Origin: Camelus dromedarius
Taxonomy: Eukaryota
Direction of reading: 5' to 3'
Assembly (NCBI RefSeq): GCF_036321535.1
Contig: NC_087436.1
Location: 8,618,001-8,682,000 of the forward strand
Length of the DNA: 64,000 bases
Shown: one piece after another, positions 40,074 to 55,240 of the stretch
How positions within the stretch are numbered: the stretch's first letter is position 1
How the letters are laid out: each line of letters opens with the position of its first letter
Program-made: the position numbers and the translations under genes
Notes under the pieces: generated by a model
Databases searched by the model: none
The model's input: the letters and a program-made list of their open reading frames with translations, nothing else
Told to the model about the DNA's origin: nothing

Positions 40074-43000
40074 GCACAGCTATTTTGCAAAGGATTTGCC
40101 AACTGCAATCCGTCTGGAGTTGGCGAATATCAAAGTGAGTCCTAACATTTTACAAAATTTCGGTGTCTAGATTTTCTAAAAGTTTCACAGAGATTTTATA
40201 CTCAGTAGTGTCATTGTATATAACCTTATTCAGTCTGCATGCCTGAAGAAATGTAAATAAAATGTCATCATTACCTGCCTCATTTTACCATAAAATAAAT
40301 TAGACAAATTGACATTGTGGAATACAAGATAAGATGGGAACATTCTCCTGAAGGTATATAACACCCTGCAGACGGAATGTAGGCAATAAATCAAAATAAG
40401 GAAGCTTTGAGTTGCATTTTGTTTTGTAGGCAAGAGATGCCTGATTACTGATGATTGTTGTAAGCCTGTCAATCTTTGACATTCAGATCACGCGGCATCT
40501 TGTCAAATGACAAGCAAGCTTCTACTATTGTGCAAAGAACAGCAATGTGTTAGAAACAGGTCTGTTTAATGACACTGAAAACGGTGCTATTTTGAAAACA
40601 GAGCCTTCAGATATGGAAATCACAAGGCAGATAATTTCAGCACGTTCTGGGTCAACAGATGAAAAGATTTACAGAACAAGTTACTTCACAGGATGTGACA
40701 GTGTCGTTGACCAAATCGAGAGCATGAATATTAGTATTTAAGATGAGCAATGAAAGCTCATAAAATAATAAATGCTTCTCAAGCATGGTTAACCTCAACA
40801 TGAGTCTGATTACACTAAGTGTGTTTTATTTCATAATAAGCTTACTAATATGTAAATGTCTGTGACGAATATTAACTAAGTCGTCTTTGGGGCTTTTCAA
40901 AAGAAGTATGACTTGTTCCCTCTGCTTAAAAATATTTTTAGTATAGTCCTTCTATTGAATAGTATTCAGCGAATGTTCGATAGAAAATAACAATATTTTT
41001 CATTTATTGATTTATTTCATTTTTCCTCAAATATATGTTTTTAATTGGTTCTTTTTTTATTCCAGCACTTAGCTTATAACTATCAGGGTTAAAATATCAC
41101 CCTGGCTATAATGGCCACAACTTATCTTTAACTATAGATTTTCCAAATTTCTAATTATTTTACCCAGGTCACATTGGGTATAAAAATTATTAATTGATGC
41201 CTGGTCTATTTGGCTCCATCTATCTGCTGATAGACAATGCATTAATCTGCTTATATTAGCTCCTAGCCTCTGTAGATATTAATATGACCCTTTGTTAATG
41301 AATCTTTTAAATCTATACAACAGCCCCTATGAAGTATTTTCTCTAGTCTTTAAAAATAGGAAGTAAATGAAGATTAGAAAGGTTATTACCTTGTTTATAT
41401 TATCAGAATACATTCAAATGTTGTGATATCATATTTAAACTGCTGTTATATATAAAAAAGACCATATTTTAACCTATTTTAAGATCCTCATCTCTATTTC
41501 TAAAATAGGCAAATACTTCTTAAGCATTCATATATCTTTTGAAATATTTAGACAAAAGTGGTGCTATTTCACTGTACTTCAAAATCTGTGTATTGTGAAT
41601 TACACTTATCACGTTTTATAATCATTATTAATTTATATGAACATTATATATTTATCTAATTTGCTCATTCAAGTAATCTTTTTTGTAGAGTGTAACCCAT
41701 TTAAACTGCTTATTTAAAGAGTCATAGTTAATTTTAGGTCATAATAGCCAACAAATATAATTAATTTGCTGAAGTTAATTCTAAAGTAAAGAATGTTACA
41801 ATAGACCAATATTTCCAAATGTAATATTGCCTGTGACAATAAAAAAATAAATAAAACATTCCATATACTAGTGTAAGATTTTCAGTCATTATATTCCAAT
41901 ATTTGCAAGAAGTTAGATTAACCATACCCTTCACTAAAGTCCCAGCAAGGTGTCATATAACCTGTGCCTGGTGCTTAATGCATCCAGGGGCTCAAAAGCT
42001 TTCAAGAGCAGCCTACGTTCGCACTGCTTTCCATTTACCTTAATTCTGAAGATGAATTGTTATCCTCTGGGAATTGACTCCCATTGGGAATGGAAGTGTA
42101 TTAAGTGCTGACACTCTATGCAAGATACTTCCAAATAAATAACTTTCTACCTCTACCTGAGACCCCCCTCACATATTTCAGATCACCTTCTACTCCCTGT
42201 TCCAAGCACCACAGTTGTTTATGACCCGCTTCTACTGTTCTTTGCATTTAAGTACTCCCTGAATATCAGTCCATTAAATCTTAGTTATCAATCCCTACTC
42301 CTAATGGAACTGTAGGGTATATTATTTTCAAAGATTCGGGTACAGAAAAGATCAGCTCCCTGGCCTGTCATGCTCTGCAGGAATCTTTCTCTCAATAGCA
42401 CCATATGGCTGGGAAATTTATTGTAAGAAAATAAATGTGATTGATCCAACCATAAGAACTCGACTATACCAAAAATAGCCAGATGATTACTCTGAAGACA
42501 TAGCCAAGCAAAGTCTGCATTGTGTCATTTAATCTAAAATTTGTAAATCTTTCCCTATCTTTTTTGCTGTCTATATGGAATTCAATATCTCTCTTCTCTG
42601 CATCTTCCAAAAAGAAAACAGAAGAAAAGCACCTTACAAAATAATTTTTAAATCTATAGGAATATAAATTGACCAATATAAAGGGAAAATAAATTGAAGC
42701 TTTTGCTTTGACTCTGTGGCAAAAGTGGACTCTGGCAAAAAAAAAAAAAATATTATTCTTTACACAGAAAAATCTTACACTAAAGGAAAAAAATTATACT
42801 CTTATCAGCTGAGTCAATTTTTTAATGTCAAGAAAAATAATATTTTATATCTGAATATATAATAATATAGATGTTCATATACTTCATATCTCTATCCATC
42901 ACTGCCTCTACATCCCTCTCAATGTCTATATCTATATATGCCACTCATTTTGGAAACTCTCTGATTTTCAACAATTACTAGATTTTCCAGCCTCATTAAA

Positions 43001-43119
43001 AACCATTTTTGTCAATGTCTCTAGCAAGAAATAAGTAATTACTTTCAGAAAATTTGCAGGAGTTGGAGGAAGAGGTAATTTATGCCTAGCATTAGGGTGC
43101 TTTATAATATCTGCATAGA

Positions 43120-43270
43120 AATCCTAGTGAGTTAACATTTATACCATATGACAGATGAGGAAATTAAAACTTAGAAAGGCTATGTAGTAGCTCCAAATCA
43201 TAGGACTCTTATGTGGTAATACAGTGAGTCTAACTCATGTCTTACTCCCAAGATCGTGCTCTGTTATTAT
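43120..43270 (-). mobile_element. MIR SINE
   Basis: acagatgaggaaattaaaacttagaaagg, MIR core reverse complement. Confidence 0.6.
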
Positions 43271-43293
43271 ACCAATCTACCTTTTCAGATAAA

Positions 43294-43503
43294 CAGTTGA
43301 CACTTGAACAACATGGCTTTGAATTGTGAGGGTCCACTTATACGTGGGTTGTTTTGATAAAGACACACTGCAGCACTATATAATCTGTGGCTGGTTGAAT
43401 CCGCTGACATGGAACCACAGATACTGAGGGCAAACTGTAAAGTTATACTCACATTTTTGACTGCGAGGGGGGTGGCCTTCCTAAGCCCAACGTTGGTCAA
43501 CTG
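43294..43503 (+). mobile_element. Tigger2/MER8-like MITE
   Basis: CAGTTGACACTTGAACAACATGG..GGTCCACTTATACG start and GGTCAACTG|TA end form terminal inverted repeats. Confidence 0.88.
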
Positions 43504-44024
43504 TACATTGTATCCCATCACTACTAAAAGGAAAAGTGACCTTTGAAATTATTTTTGGTGCAGGTAGACAAGTGAAGAATTTTTAACCCATGCAAATAAG
43601 AAGAGTAAGTCATCACTGGTGGGTCTGTAACTGTTTGCTTTGGTTCTTTTTGAGAACATCCACCTGTCAAAATACAAGTATGACTTGTGTAATTAACATT
43701 ATTAGTCTTTGTCCATGAAATGTCTAGAAGAGAACCCAGAGCAGTCCTTAAGTGAGGGCTTACAAAAAGGCTGGAGTTTTCCCTGATTTTGGTTTTTTTA
43801 TATGGAATTCTGACAATTTATTGAGTCCTAGGAAGTATCCCAAGGGAAACTACCTTCTACCACACAGACGGTCTCACATTTTCCACTTACTCTCTTCTGT
43901 AGTTACTAATATTCTACTCAGTTAATTTGCTTATTTAGCTCTATCCTGGTTTTAATTATGTACGTTAGTTTCTAAAAATGTCCACTTCCCTGTTATCAAC
44001 TGCACATAATGTATGTTCTTAATA

Positions 44025-44985
44025 ATGGTGCAACAATAAAATAAAAGCAACAATAGACAAGTTGGAACATATTAAATTTAAAAAGTTTCTGCACAGCAAA
44101 AGAAACAATCAACTGAGTGAAAAAAAAATTACCTATGGAACAAGAGAAACTATGTTCAATCCATATATCTGATAAGCATTTAATTTTCAAAAAAAAGGAA
44201 CTCTGGTAACTCAATAGTGAAAAATAACCCAACTTAAAAATGGGCAAAGACTTGAATAGACTTTTCTCCAAAAAAGACAAACCAATGGCCAGTGAATCCA
44301 TGAGAAGGTGTTCTATGTCACTAATCATAAGGGATGCAAATCAAACCACCATGAGATGTTATCTTCATACCTATTGGAAGGGCTGTTAATCAAAATAACA
44401 AAAGACAAAAGTGTTGGCAAGGATATGGAGAAACTGGAACCTTTGCAAGTTGTTTGTGGGCAGGTAAAATGGTGTAGCCACGGTGGAAAACATTTTGGAG
44501 GTTAAAAATAGAATTATCATATGATCCAGCAATTCCTCTTGTGGGTATACAACCAGAAGAATTGAAATTAGGATCAAGGAGATGTCTTTCACTCACATGT
44601 TCGTTGCATCATTATTTACAACAGCCAAGATACAGAAACAACCCAAATATCTATTGATAAATCAGTGGATCAAGAAAATGTGTATACATACACTGTAATA
44701 TTATTCAGCCTTAAAGGTACTTATATGAGGTATCTAAAAGAGTCAAAATCATGAATACAGAAAATACAGTGATGGTGGTCAGGGGAAGGAGAGAAGGGAG
44801 GAAATGGAGAGTTGCTCACTGGTTGCAAAGTTGTAGTTACATAAGGTGAATACATTCTGGAGCTTTGCTCTGCAACTTAGTTCCTACGGTTAACAGTGTT
44901 GTGCACTTAAAATATGTCAAGAGGGTAGACCTTATGTTAAGTATCCCTACCAAAATTCATTCATTAATTTAAAAAAAAAAAACCA
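44025..44985 (+). mobile_element. 5'-truncated L1 (L1MA-like)
   Basis: ttctgcacagcaaaagaaacaatcaac..aatgggcaaagacttgaatagac..tatgatccagcaattcc; 3' end gagggtagaccttatgttaagt followed by poly(A). Confidence 0.9.
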
Positions 44986-46132
44986 AAATTGTTTAGTTTC
45001 CGTTCTTTATCCTTGAAAATGTCACATAATTTAAATGCATAAGAAATTCTTAGAAATATTTCACTTTCAGACTTAGAAAAAAACCCTCCAAATCTTACAC
45101 TTGCGTCTTGCTTCTTATAAGACAGCATGGGAAGTTCTATAAATATATATGTATTAAGGCCTGTACTGCTATATCTTATAAAAATGATACTTCTGATTTT
45201 GACAACATATTTCTAAGACAATCTCAAAAATTATTTAAAATGCTTTATTTTGACATGTAAGAGTTTAAAGGGATAAGTAAAATAAAGTGAAAACCTGATT
45301 TCATAAAATGTTTGTAATTAAAATACACATTCATAGCACTCAATTTTATTATTTCTTCCAGTAAAATGTTCCTAAAATGTAAATGCTGGTAGATAGTAAT
45401 TTATTGACTCAAGAAATTATGGCTAGCTAGTTCAATTTTGTGATAGAGAAATATATAGAAAAATGCATGACCAGCATTAAAAGAAAATGAAAATACAGAG
45501 CTGAAATTAAAAACCTGTCTCATAAGCATCATCATAAAGGACAAAGAAAACTAGTTTTCAATTACTTGGTGCCTAAAATTAATGTCTAACAGGAAGTGAA
45601 CTGCAGATTGGTATTTAGGATAACTGTATAAAAGGAATGGAGAAATTTTGGTAGACCTTATCCAGGTCATTAAATCCAGTGTTCTTTTCTCTTTTTCTCC
45701 TTGAAGAATTTTATTTTTAAATTTTTGCTCATCATGACGATTGTCCTAGTCAGACCAAGTATGGACACTGATGTACTGGGAGTTGGGGCCTGGATAAGGT
45801 CCTCCTTCCTCACGGGATCTACTCATATGTGAACTCACTGATTGAAAGAGGAGTAAGAAGATTCCTGGGACAACGCTCTAATGTTGTCCAAAAACTGGGC
45901 TCAGAGCAATGGGCATGTCTAAGGAAAGGGCCCTTAAAACCTCAGGGGCCCCTGCAAAAACTTAGATTGATAGGAGATACAAATGGGTATAACAGATCAG
46001 ACTTGGGAGAAGAGTCATTCCAAGTGCACCTAGACCCAATCCCCACACAATCTGCTGTGGCATGTACAGGCCAGGGGAGGAAAGGGTCTGAGTGTTTGCC
46101 TGTAGAGAGCTTACCTAAGAAATGCTACAATA

Positions 46133-46835
46133 ATGACAACTACGGAATGGTAAAAAAACATTTGCAAATGGTGCGACTGATGAAAGTTTAATTTCCAGAA
46201 TATATAAATAGCTCATATAACTTAATAAGAAAAAAAAAAAAACCCAATCCAAAAATGGGCAGAAGACCTAAACAAGCAATTCTCCAAGGAAGGCATACAA
46301 ATGATCAATAGGCACATGGAAAAATGCTCAGTGTCACTAATTATCAGAGAAATGCAAATCAAAACTACAATGAGGTATCACCTCACATCAGTCAGAACGG
46401 CCATCATTCAAAAGTCCACAAATGATAAATGCTGGAGACGGTGTGGGGAAAAGGGAACCCTCCTACACTGCTGGTGGGACTATAGTTTGGTGCAGCAGTT
46501 ACAGAAAACAGCATGGAGATTCCTCAAAAAACTAAAAATAGACTTACCGTATGATCCAGCAATCCCACTCCTGGGCATATATCCAAGGGGAACTCTAATT
46601 CAAAAAGATACATGCACCCCAATGTTCACATACACTATATACAATAGCCAAGACATGGAAACAACCTAAATGTCCATTGACAGAGGACTGGATAAAGAAG
46701 TTGTGTTATATTTATACAATGAAATACTACTTAGCCATAAAAAAGAATAAAATGTCATTTGCAGCTACATGGATGGACCTGGAGATCATCATTCTAAGTG
46801 AATTAAGCCAGAAAGAGAGAGAAAATCACTCATTG

Positions 46836-46869
<34 letters not shown>

Positions 46870-47224
46870 GAAAGGCCCCTATGAACTCATCTACGAAACA
46901 GAAACAGACTTAAAGACATAGTAAATAATCTTATGGTTACTGGGGAAAGGGGGTGGGAAGGGATAAATTTGGAAGTTTGAGATTTGTAAATATTAGCCAC
47001 TATATATAAAAATAGATTTTAAAAAGACAGATTTATTCTGTATAGCACAGGGAACTATATTCAATATCTTATAATAACCTTTAATAAAAAAGAATATGAA
47101 AATGAGTATATGTATATACATGCATGATTGGGACATTGTGCTGTACACTAGAATTTGACACATTGTAACTGACTGTACTTCAATAAACAATAAAATTAAA
47201 ATAACCCAAATAATCATTCAAAAA
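46133..47224 (+). mobile_element. Young 5'-truncated L1 with 16-bp TSD
   Basis: ORFs 46301-46669 and 46677-46913 are L1 ORF2 C-terminal segments. TSD aagaaatgctacaata (46117-46132) / aagaaacgctacaata (47225-47240). Confidence 0.95.
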
Positions 47225-47914
47225 AAGAAACGCTACAATAGTTCCAAGAGTTCTAAATAACTTGGCTGTAACCTAAAATCCATCATTAGCCTCCCCACTC
47301 CATCCACATCCCTTTCACCAAGTAATAATTTTTAAAAAGGACAGTGCATTTTTCTTAAAACTTCATGATACAATTAGAAGACGTACAGTGATGACAAAGG
47401 ATGTCTAGCAGTAAAGTGAGAACAGCCCATGGGGTGATGTTGGTGCCAGTGCAGTGGGTGTCTCATGCTGGAAATAACCCCAGTTCTTCTCTGCCTGCTG
47501 CCAGTAATGGCTGCTGTATAGTCATTGGGCCACTGACCACCATGCAATGGCAATAAAAAGAATGACATTAATATATTAAACGTATAAGATGTCCCTTGGC
47601 TGTATTTTGGAACCTTGAATCCCAAATCATTTGGGAGAGGGATTTTGCAAAGGATTTAACTTCATGTATGAGTAAATAGGAAGACAAGACCCTAAATATC
47701 TTAAGTACACTAGCTGAAGAAATAAAATCGTTTTAGTGTTGTCCTGAAAATTCCACAATCTTGTTTTTCAATCCTTTAATCTATTTTTAATATTTCAAGA
47801 ATTCTATCCTTTCTACCTATGAAAACCGCTTTTTGTTTGCTTGTTCTTTTTTAATGCATTGCTGATTTCACAGAGTTTTCTGGTGCCTTTGTTTATGATG
47901 AAAGTTTAGTTGTA

Positions 47915-48001
47915 TATATGTGTACATGCATGACTGGGACATTGTGTTGTACACCAGAAATTGACACATTGTAATTGACTGTATTTCAATTAAAAAAAAA
48001 A
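47915..48001 (+). mobile_element. Very short L1 3' end with TSD
   Basis: Matches 47110-47185 and ends in poly(A); TSD gaaagtttagttgta / gaaattttagttgta. Confidence 0.9.
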
Positions 48002-48052
48002 GAAATTTTAGTTGTAAAGTTGAGTATGGGGGGGCGTGTGTGTGTGTGTTCA

Positions 48053-48226
<174 letters not shown>

Positions 48227-49165
48227 CTACAGTTTCAGCTTTGGTAGAGTGATTTCCGATTACATAGCCAAACAGTTATCTTAGCTTGTCCTAATTAAAC
48301 TGTTTTCCTTCCTCCTTCCATGCTTTGGAGACATGCCAAATTATTCCAAGTGCATTCAAGTGTTTCATAAACTATGCTGTCATTCTATTACAGAGATCCG
48401 AATACTCTATCAAAGGCACAGACACCATATTTTATATTCTCTTCCTATTTCCTGCATAGTATAAAAAGTGTCACGTATGGATAACCATCATTTCATTTAT
48501 GTATTTATTTTTAATATTCAGAATCCATTTTGTCCTCAGCGATTGTGACAGTTTTAATTCATACCAATGTGGTTCATTTGCAGAAGAATATATGTGAAAA
48601 GATATGCCATAAAGGAATTAAGTGAGCTCATTATACAAGTATAATATTTGAAAAATGCCATTTTTCAAGTGTATTATTGAGTCTGCTTTATATAACTGCA
48701 ATTATTAGGCATGGAAGGCAGAAAGAAAATAATGCATGATTTGTTTGCAAGATTTTCAGTCTTTTGCCTGAAATACCTAAAGTAAACAATATTTTATATG
48801 GAAACTGATGTGGTCCATGCTTAACAAAGGGTTAAGTGAATGATTAATCCAACTTCTTAATCTTGGTTAAATATTATTTTAAGCTAATCCCTGAATAATG
48901 AATTGTATTCTCCAAGCTGGAAACCAGGGTATAATTAACCATTTCCTGTATGTTGGCAATATATGAGGTGCTTTTACATAGATTATTGCTTAATTGGCCC
49001 AGATAAGAACTAATGATCAGAATCTGAGACTCAGAGAATGATCTTACGCACACTGCTACCCTCAAAGGTAAGGGCTGGACTCCTGTTCTACCAAACCCTA
49101 AGGGTCAGGGTCTTCCCTGCTCATTTGTGTAGGTTTTCATCTTTTCTTTTACTTGCCTTTCTTTC

Positions 49166-49167
<2 letters not shown>

Positions 49168-49202
<35 letters not shown>
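49168..49202. repeat. (TG)n microsatellite
   Basis: Pure TG run. Confidence 0.95.
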
Positions 49203-49203
<1 letters not shown>

Positions 49204-49494
49204 CTGTGATACCCAATCACAAGAACACCGTACGCCATGTGCAGTAGCAAGGGACATGACACATTGTGATGGATAAGGGACACATGATTGTTTGGGGAAA
49301 GAAGATAGAAAATGAATAGGAAATGAGCTTAAATGTCATTCCTAGGAGCCACTGGCTCTCAAGGGGTGTGTGTGGGATTTGGAGAGGTGGGAGCTTTTGG
49401 AGCTGTATGATCACTTAAATCACTTGAAACTCTTTCTTAGTTTACTGCACATCTTCATTCCCCTCATCCTTTGTTGAGATTCACTATTCCAAAA

Positions 49495-49795
49495 CAGTTG
49501 GCAGTGTTGTTGTTGTTGTTGTTGTTTTGTCTGAAATAGGCCAGATGGTAAATATCTTAGACTTTGTAGGGTATACAGTCTCTGTGGTAACTAGTCATCT
49601 TTGTCCTAATATAGCATGAACGCAGCCACAGACAAGACTGTAAAAATTAAATGTGGCTGTGTTCTAAAGAAACAAAACAAACAAAAACAAACAAAAAAGC
49701 TAACAAATAAACAAAAAACAGGCAAAAATTGCTTTATTTACAAAAATAGGCAACTTTCCAGGTTGGTCTGTGGTTATTCATTTGCAGACCCTCAG
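49495..49795 (+). mobile_element. MER58-like hAT-Charlie MITE with internal (GTT)n and A-rich simple repeats
   Basis: ggccagatggtaaatatcttagactttgtagg..gcagccacagacaa..atgtggctgtgttc..ctttatttacaaaaataggc..tttgcagaccct. Confidence 0.85.
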
Positions 49796-50399
49796 CTCTA
49801 AAAGATGGGGACTGAACAGTGTTTTAAGCCCAGATCAGCTTCTTTTACATGAAGGGTGGTCCTCTCCAAAGAACATATTTTTCTTTTAAGACCCAAACAC
49901 TTAACAATGGAAATTTCTGGAATTTTTGAAACATCCAATTTAGTCCTGCTTCAAATTCTCTCATCTCAATATCCTTATGCTCTTGGAGTGTATATGCCCC
50001 ACTTTCTTCCCCTCTTTCCCTATGTAATCTAGCATTTCTAGATGTTTTCTACTCTATTGCCAGAATTACCAATTTCCTGGTCCATTTATCATCCTGACAT
50101 GTCTGCCCTTTAGAACTAGAACAAGATGACATATCTCTGCATCTGGTGTCCCTGTCTCTAATTTTTTGATTAAATCACTAGACTATTCATAAGCAAATTT
50201 ACAAATGTTCAAATTCACAAGTTTCAATTTGCAGGATGTCACTTGCTATTTATTTCACTTGACCTTTATGGTTGCATTTCATATCCCACTCCACTTATAT
50301 TTCAAATCTTTACTCTTTGTTTGATGCTTCCCAGGATAATACTAACTTCTCACTCTAAGCAGGAGGTCCTGCTCTTTAAATCATGAAGTGCATAGAAGG

Positions 50400-50520
50400 G
50401 ATTAGAAATCATTTCACGATATATAAGTGTATCAAATCATCAAGTTGTATATGTTAAACTTATGCAAGTTTATATGCCATTTGTAGTTCAACAAAATCTG
50501 GGGGAAAAAAAAGAAAAAAC
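50400..50520 (+). mobile_element. Short L1 3' end
   Basis: tgtatcaaatcatcaagttgtatatgttaaactta..caacaaaatctgggggaaaaaaa. Confidence 0.7.
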
Positions 50521-52601
50521 TTCATCCCCAAACTTCCTGTTTCTATCTACATCTTCACTTGTATTTCCTTCTCAAAGTAAATTTTCTCTGTTTCTTCCCA
50601 AGGCAAATCTGCCTCTTTTCTTGTTGATCTCTACAGGAATTTTTTCATCCTTCCCCCAGTCCATTATCCATATTTTTTCCTCTTTCACAATATCCTTTCA
50701 AACCAATACATTGTCCAAGAAGAAAGAAATATCTTCCTTAATCCTAAGCCTTCCCACCAGCAGCCACTATCTTCTTTTTATTCCTTTAAAAACATGGAAA
50801 GAGATTTTTATAATTCTTACCTCCTTTTTCATCTCTAAGCCAACAGAAGACTGATTTTCTAAATGCTATAAAGATGAACTAACCACTAACCCATAAAGAT
50901 ACTGCAATGACCTTCCTCAACCTTTCCACGCACCCAGCGTGGTTGAGCCCTTTCCCATCTTTGGCTTTCTTTCCTTGCCTTCTGTAACACCACCTTGTTC
51001 TCCTGCCTCTTTGTAAATTATTAGTCCCATCCTCATCCATCATGATTTCCCTGCCAATACAATGTCTCTGCTTTTTCAGAATTTTACTGCTTCTCCTAAA
51101 CATATCATCCCATCTATGCCATAGCTAGACGTGGACCTCACGTGGAAATGCCAAATAAGCATCTGATAAATAAGTGGATAATTAAATAACTGGAAATTGG
51201 TAATATGTAACCATATATAAAGTCACATGGAATTGCACACTCTTGTGCATCCAGATTTATTTCTCAGGCTGTGCTCCCTGCTCATCTTTTATTATTTGTC
51301 ATAGTTTCTCAAAATTTAACCTATTTTTTTCTTACTTTTAAAAATGAGAATAGCTATTTTACGAAGTCTTCCACTCTTTTAATGTTGAGTGTAGGGTATA
51401 ACCAACTTCCCAAACTGGCCTTCCTGTATATTCCTGGGAGCAAAGATATAATATGTTCTTATAATAAGGTTTGCTGCTATTAAATGGCCAAGAGATGACA
51501 AAAACTGAAAGCTAAATAGCCTTTTCTTCAATTTAATTTCTGATAATCAGATCAATCCTCTTCTCAGAGTACAGACCCCAAGATGTAATCAGTAGATGTA
51601 AACATGTAAATTTGTTGGACCTACTTACATTAACACAGAGATTGCTAGGATTCAGGTTTTAAAAGTCAAAAATACTTCCTCACGTCACTTTTGATTTGCA
51701 AAAATAAATTTAATTTTTTAATTACATAAAAATGTATACTGATAAAGTGTATCAACTAAGTTGAATAAAAAGGGCAGTCTATTTTTACAGAAATAATTTT
51801 AAAATGAAAATGTATTCATTTCTAACAGTATGAATTGAAGGAATTTAAAGACCTGGAATAAGGAATATAATGCCAAGCAACACATACTCCAGTAAAATGA
51901 CTGGCTTTGTACTAACCTTGACAATGGAAATATTCAAGCATTTGTTTACTTACCAGTGTAATTAACATATATGCAAATACTTTTGCATTATTTAGACTAT
52001 CTGACATTACAAAGATTGGTTGCTTTTTCACATACCACACATCTGTGATTTTTATCATCTGAATAATAATTGAATAATTATATCTACACATTCGAATGTT
52101 GGAACATACATAGCATATTTTATATATTAGAGTGTAAGGACTTCATAACTTTAAAACAACATAAATGTGAGACATGTTTGGTAATGTTTTGATTTTTCTC
52201 TCTCTTCATTTGCAAGGTATGCTGCAGAACAGTCACTAAAGAATTTCTATATTATTGACACTTTCTGTAATACATATTTTAATGTATGATTTAACATTTA
52301 AATGGTCTTTTCAGGAACATATTCAATGAAGAGATCCAATTATTCTGTTCAGCATATCTGCTGTAATTCAGAGGACACATTTTTTTTAAAAAAATTTAAT
52401 ATTTTACTCATCACAAAAATAATGACATAACTAATCATTATGACAAGACTATTATTTAAAACACTAAAAATCTTAAAGGACTCTATTTCAAATATGATGT
52501 CTTAGGTACAACCATGTTTTTTTCATATTCATGACATTCTTTTGCCACCAAGACTCATTTTCTCATTTCTCCAAAGAACGTAAAATGTGTTATAAATTTT
52601 A

Positions 52602-52934
<333 letters not shown>

Positions 52935-53309
52935 TTATATATTTCCACAGATCTTCATTTCCAGATAATGTTATCCACTAAAATGTACCAGCATTCCCTG
53001 GATAAAAGCTATTCTGAGAAGGCTCCAGGGAAGATAAAAGCTAAGCCTGGGATATCTTGATTCAACAACTAAAGAAGCTCTTAAGGAATGATAGAAACAT
53101 ATCAAAAAATACAAAACCAGTTTAAAGGGGTTCTCATTTAACAAACAGGAAATAATGTGAGCATTAAGATAATTACCAATTCTAAAGGAGGGAATTACAT
53201 AAGGATGTATGAGTTCAGTCATATAAATAAATATATATAAATATATATTCATATATCTAAATACGGGAGAGAACAAAAAGCTTTTCCTTACTATAGTATC
53301 TTAAAAAAT

Positions 53310-54245
53310 AAAGATAACAATTCCATTTACAGTACATCCAAAAATTAAAATACTTAGGAGTTATTTCCACCAAGAAGGTGCAACACTTTTATGCTGGACA
53401 CTAAACAACCTGTTGAAATAATTTAAAGAAAACCTAAATAATTGGAAAGACACCATGTGTTAATGGATTTAAATAATTAATTGATGAGATACAAGGAATT
53501 GGTAAGATGGAAGTACTCCAAAACTGATCTATAGACACAATATAATCACTATCAAAATTCCTAAGTGCGTTTTTTTTTTTTTGCAGAAATGGAAAAGCTA
53601 ATCTTCAGATTCACACAGAATCATGGGGCCCCAAAGAGCCACAACAGTCCTGAGAAGAAGAGTGAAACTGAAGTTCTCCTATCTTCTGCTTTCCAATTAT
53701 ATTACAAAGCTGTAGTAATCAAAATAACGTGGTACTGGCATAAAGATAAAACTTATGAATCTATGGAATTAGAATAAGGAGCACAGAGATAAACCCATAC
53801 ATCTATAGTCAATTGATTTTTGACAAGGATACTAAGAAATAGTCTTTTTAAGAACTGATGCTGGCACAACTGGTTATCCACATGCAAAACAATGAGTCTG
53901 GACACAAACCTCACACCCTAATGAAATCCACTCAGAATGAACCAAAGACCTAAATGTAGGAGCTAGAAAAGTAAAACATTCAGAAGAAAGCATAGGGGTA
54001 AATCTTTGTGACTTTGTATTTGACCTGAGTTTCTTAGATATGACCCCAAAACACAAGCAACAAAAGAAAAATAGGCAAATTGGACTTCATTAAAATTAAA
54101 GATTTTGGAGCATCACAGGACACTATCAAGAAAGTGCAAATACAACTGACAGAAAAGGGAAAAATGACAAGTGATATCTGATGAGACGAGTATCCAGAGC
54201 ACATAATGAGCAGTTACAACTCAGCAACCAAAATGCAAATAACCT
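53310..54245 (+). mobile_element. Older L1 (L1MB-like) ORF2, 5' part of an interrupted element
   Basis: ORF 53565-53777 is ORF2-like (FFAEMEKLIFRF..YYKAVVIKITWYWHKD). The element resumes at ~56505. Confidence 0.88.
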
Positions 54246-54383
54246 CTTCTGCACAGCAAAGGAAACCATCAACTAAATGGAAAGGTAACTTACAGAATGG
54301 GAGAAAACATTTACAAATGAGTATCCAAAAAGGAGTTAATATCTGAAATATGTATATATATATACATTAAAAAAATCATACAT

Positions 54384-54540
54384 GGGGGAAGATATAGCTT
54401 AAGTGGTAGAGCACGTGCTTAGCATGCACAAGGTCTGGGTTCAATTCCCAGTACCTCCTCTAAAATAAACAAACAAATAAATAAACCAATCAAGCAACGA
54501 GCCAACTTAATTACTTCCCACTGCCCTCTTCCACAAAATA
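54384..54540 (+). mobile_element. Vic-1-type SINE inside L1
   Basis: gggggaagatatagcttaagtggtagagcacgtgcttagcatgcacaaggtctgggttcaattcccagtacctcc. Confidence 0.9.
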
Positions 54541-55054
54541 ACCTTATAACTTAGTAGGAAAAAAAAAAAAAACTCAGTTAAAAAATGGGCAAAGGGTCTA
54601 AATAGACATTTTTTTCCAAAGAAGACATATAATGGCTAACAGATGGATCGCATGATGCACAATATCACTGATCACCAGGGAAATGCAAATCAAAACCACA
54701 ATGAGATATCATTTTACAACTGTTAGGATGTTTATTATCAAAAAGATAAGATAGAACAAACGTTGGTCAGGACATGGAGAAAAGGACCCCCTTGTATACT
54801 CTTGGTGGAAATGTAAATTGGTGCAGTCACTGTGGAAAACAATACGGAGGTTCCTCAAGAAATTAAAAATAGATCTAGTTCCCAGTCAATACATTCCCCC
54901 TTTTTGCTTAAGTAAGCCTTAACTGATACAGATTCCTTCTGAACTTTAGCCTCACCAGGAAAAATTAGATTTGATTTATGTCTCCTCTGTGACATGTGTC
55001 GGTTACTCTAATGATAGAAAATAATATCGTCAGCAGCAGTACCTTAAGAGTGAA

Positions 55055-55240
55055 AATTATAATACATTCATAGACAGTGTAGAATGTGCTGAAAGCTTCA
55101 TAGTCATGGTCATTTAAAGATGAGTCACAGAGAGGTTAATGACATCCACAGGTCACACAACTTGTTACAGTGCAGAGTTGAGATTAAAGTCCAGGGAGCT
55201 CTGACTTCTGGGCTAGTTCAGTCTACATTTCATGCTGGCC
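55055..55240 (-). mobile_element. MIR fragment within the non-L1 insert
   Basis: aaagatgag..cacagagaggttaatgac..aggtcacacaacttgt..gcagagttgagattaaagtccagg..tctgact. Confidence 0.7.

Noticed and set aside
49950..51200. Pyrimidine-rich stretch possibly derived from L2
   Set aside because: Too degraded to assign family or boundaries by eye.
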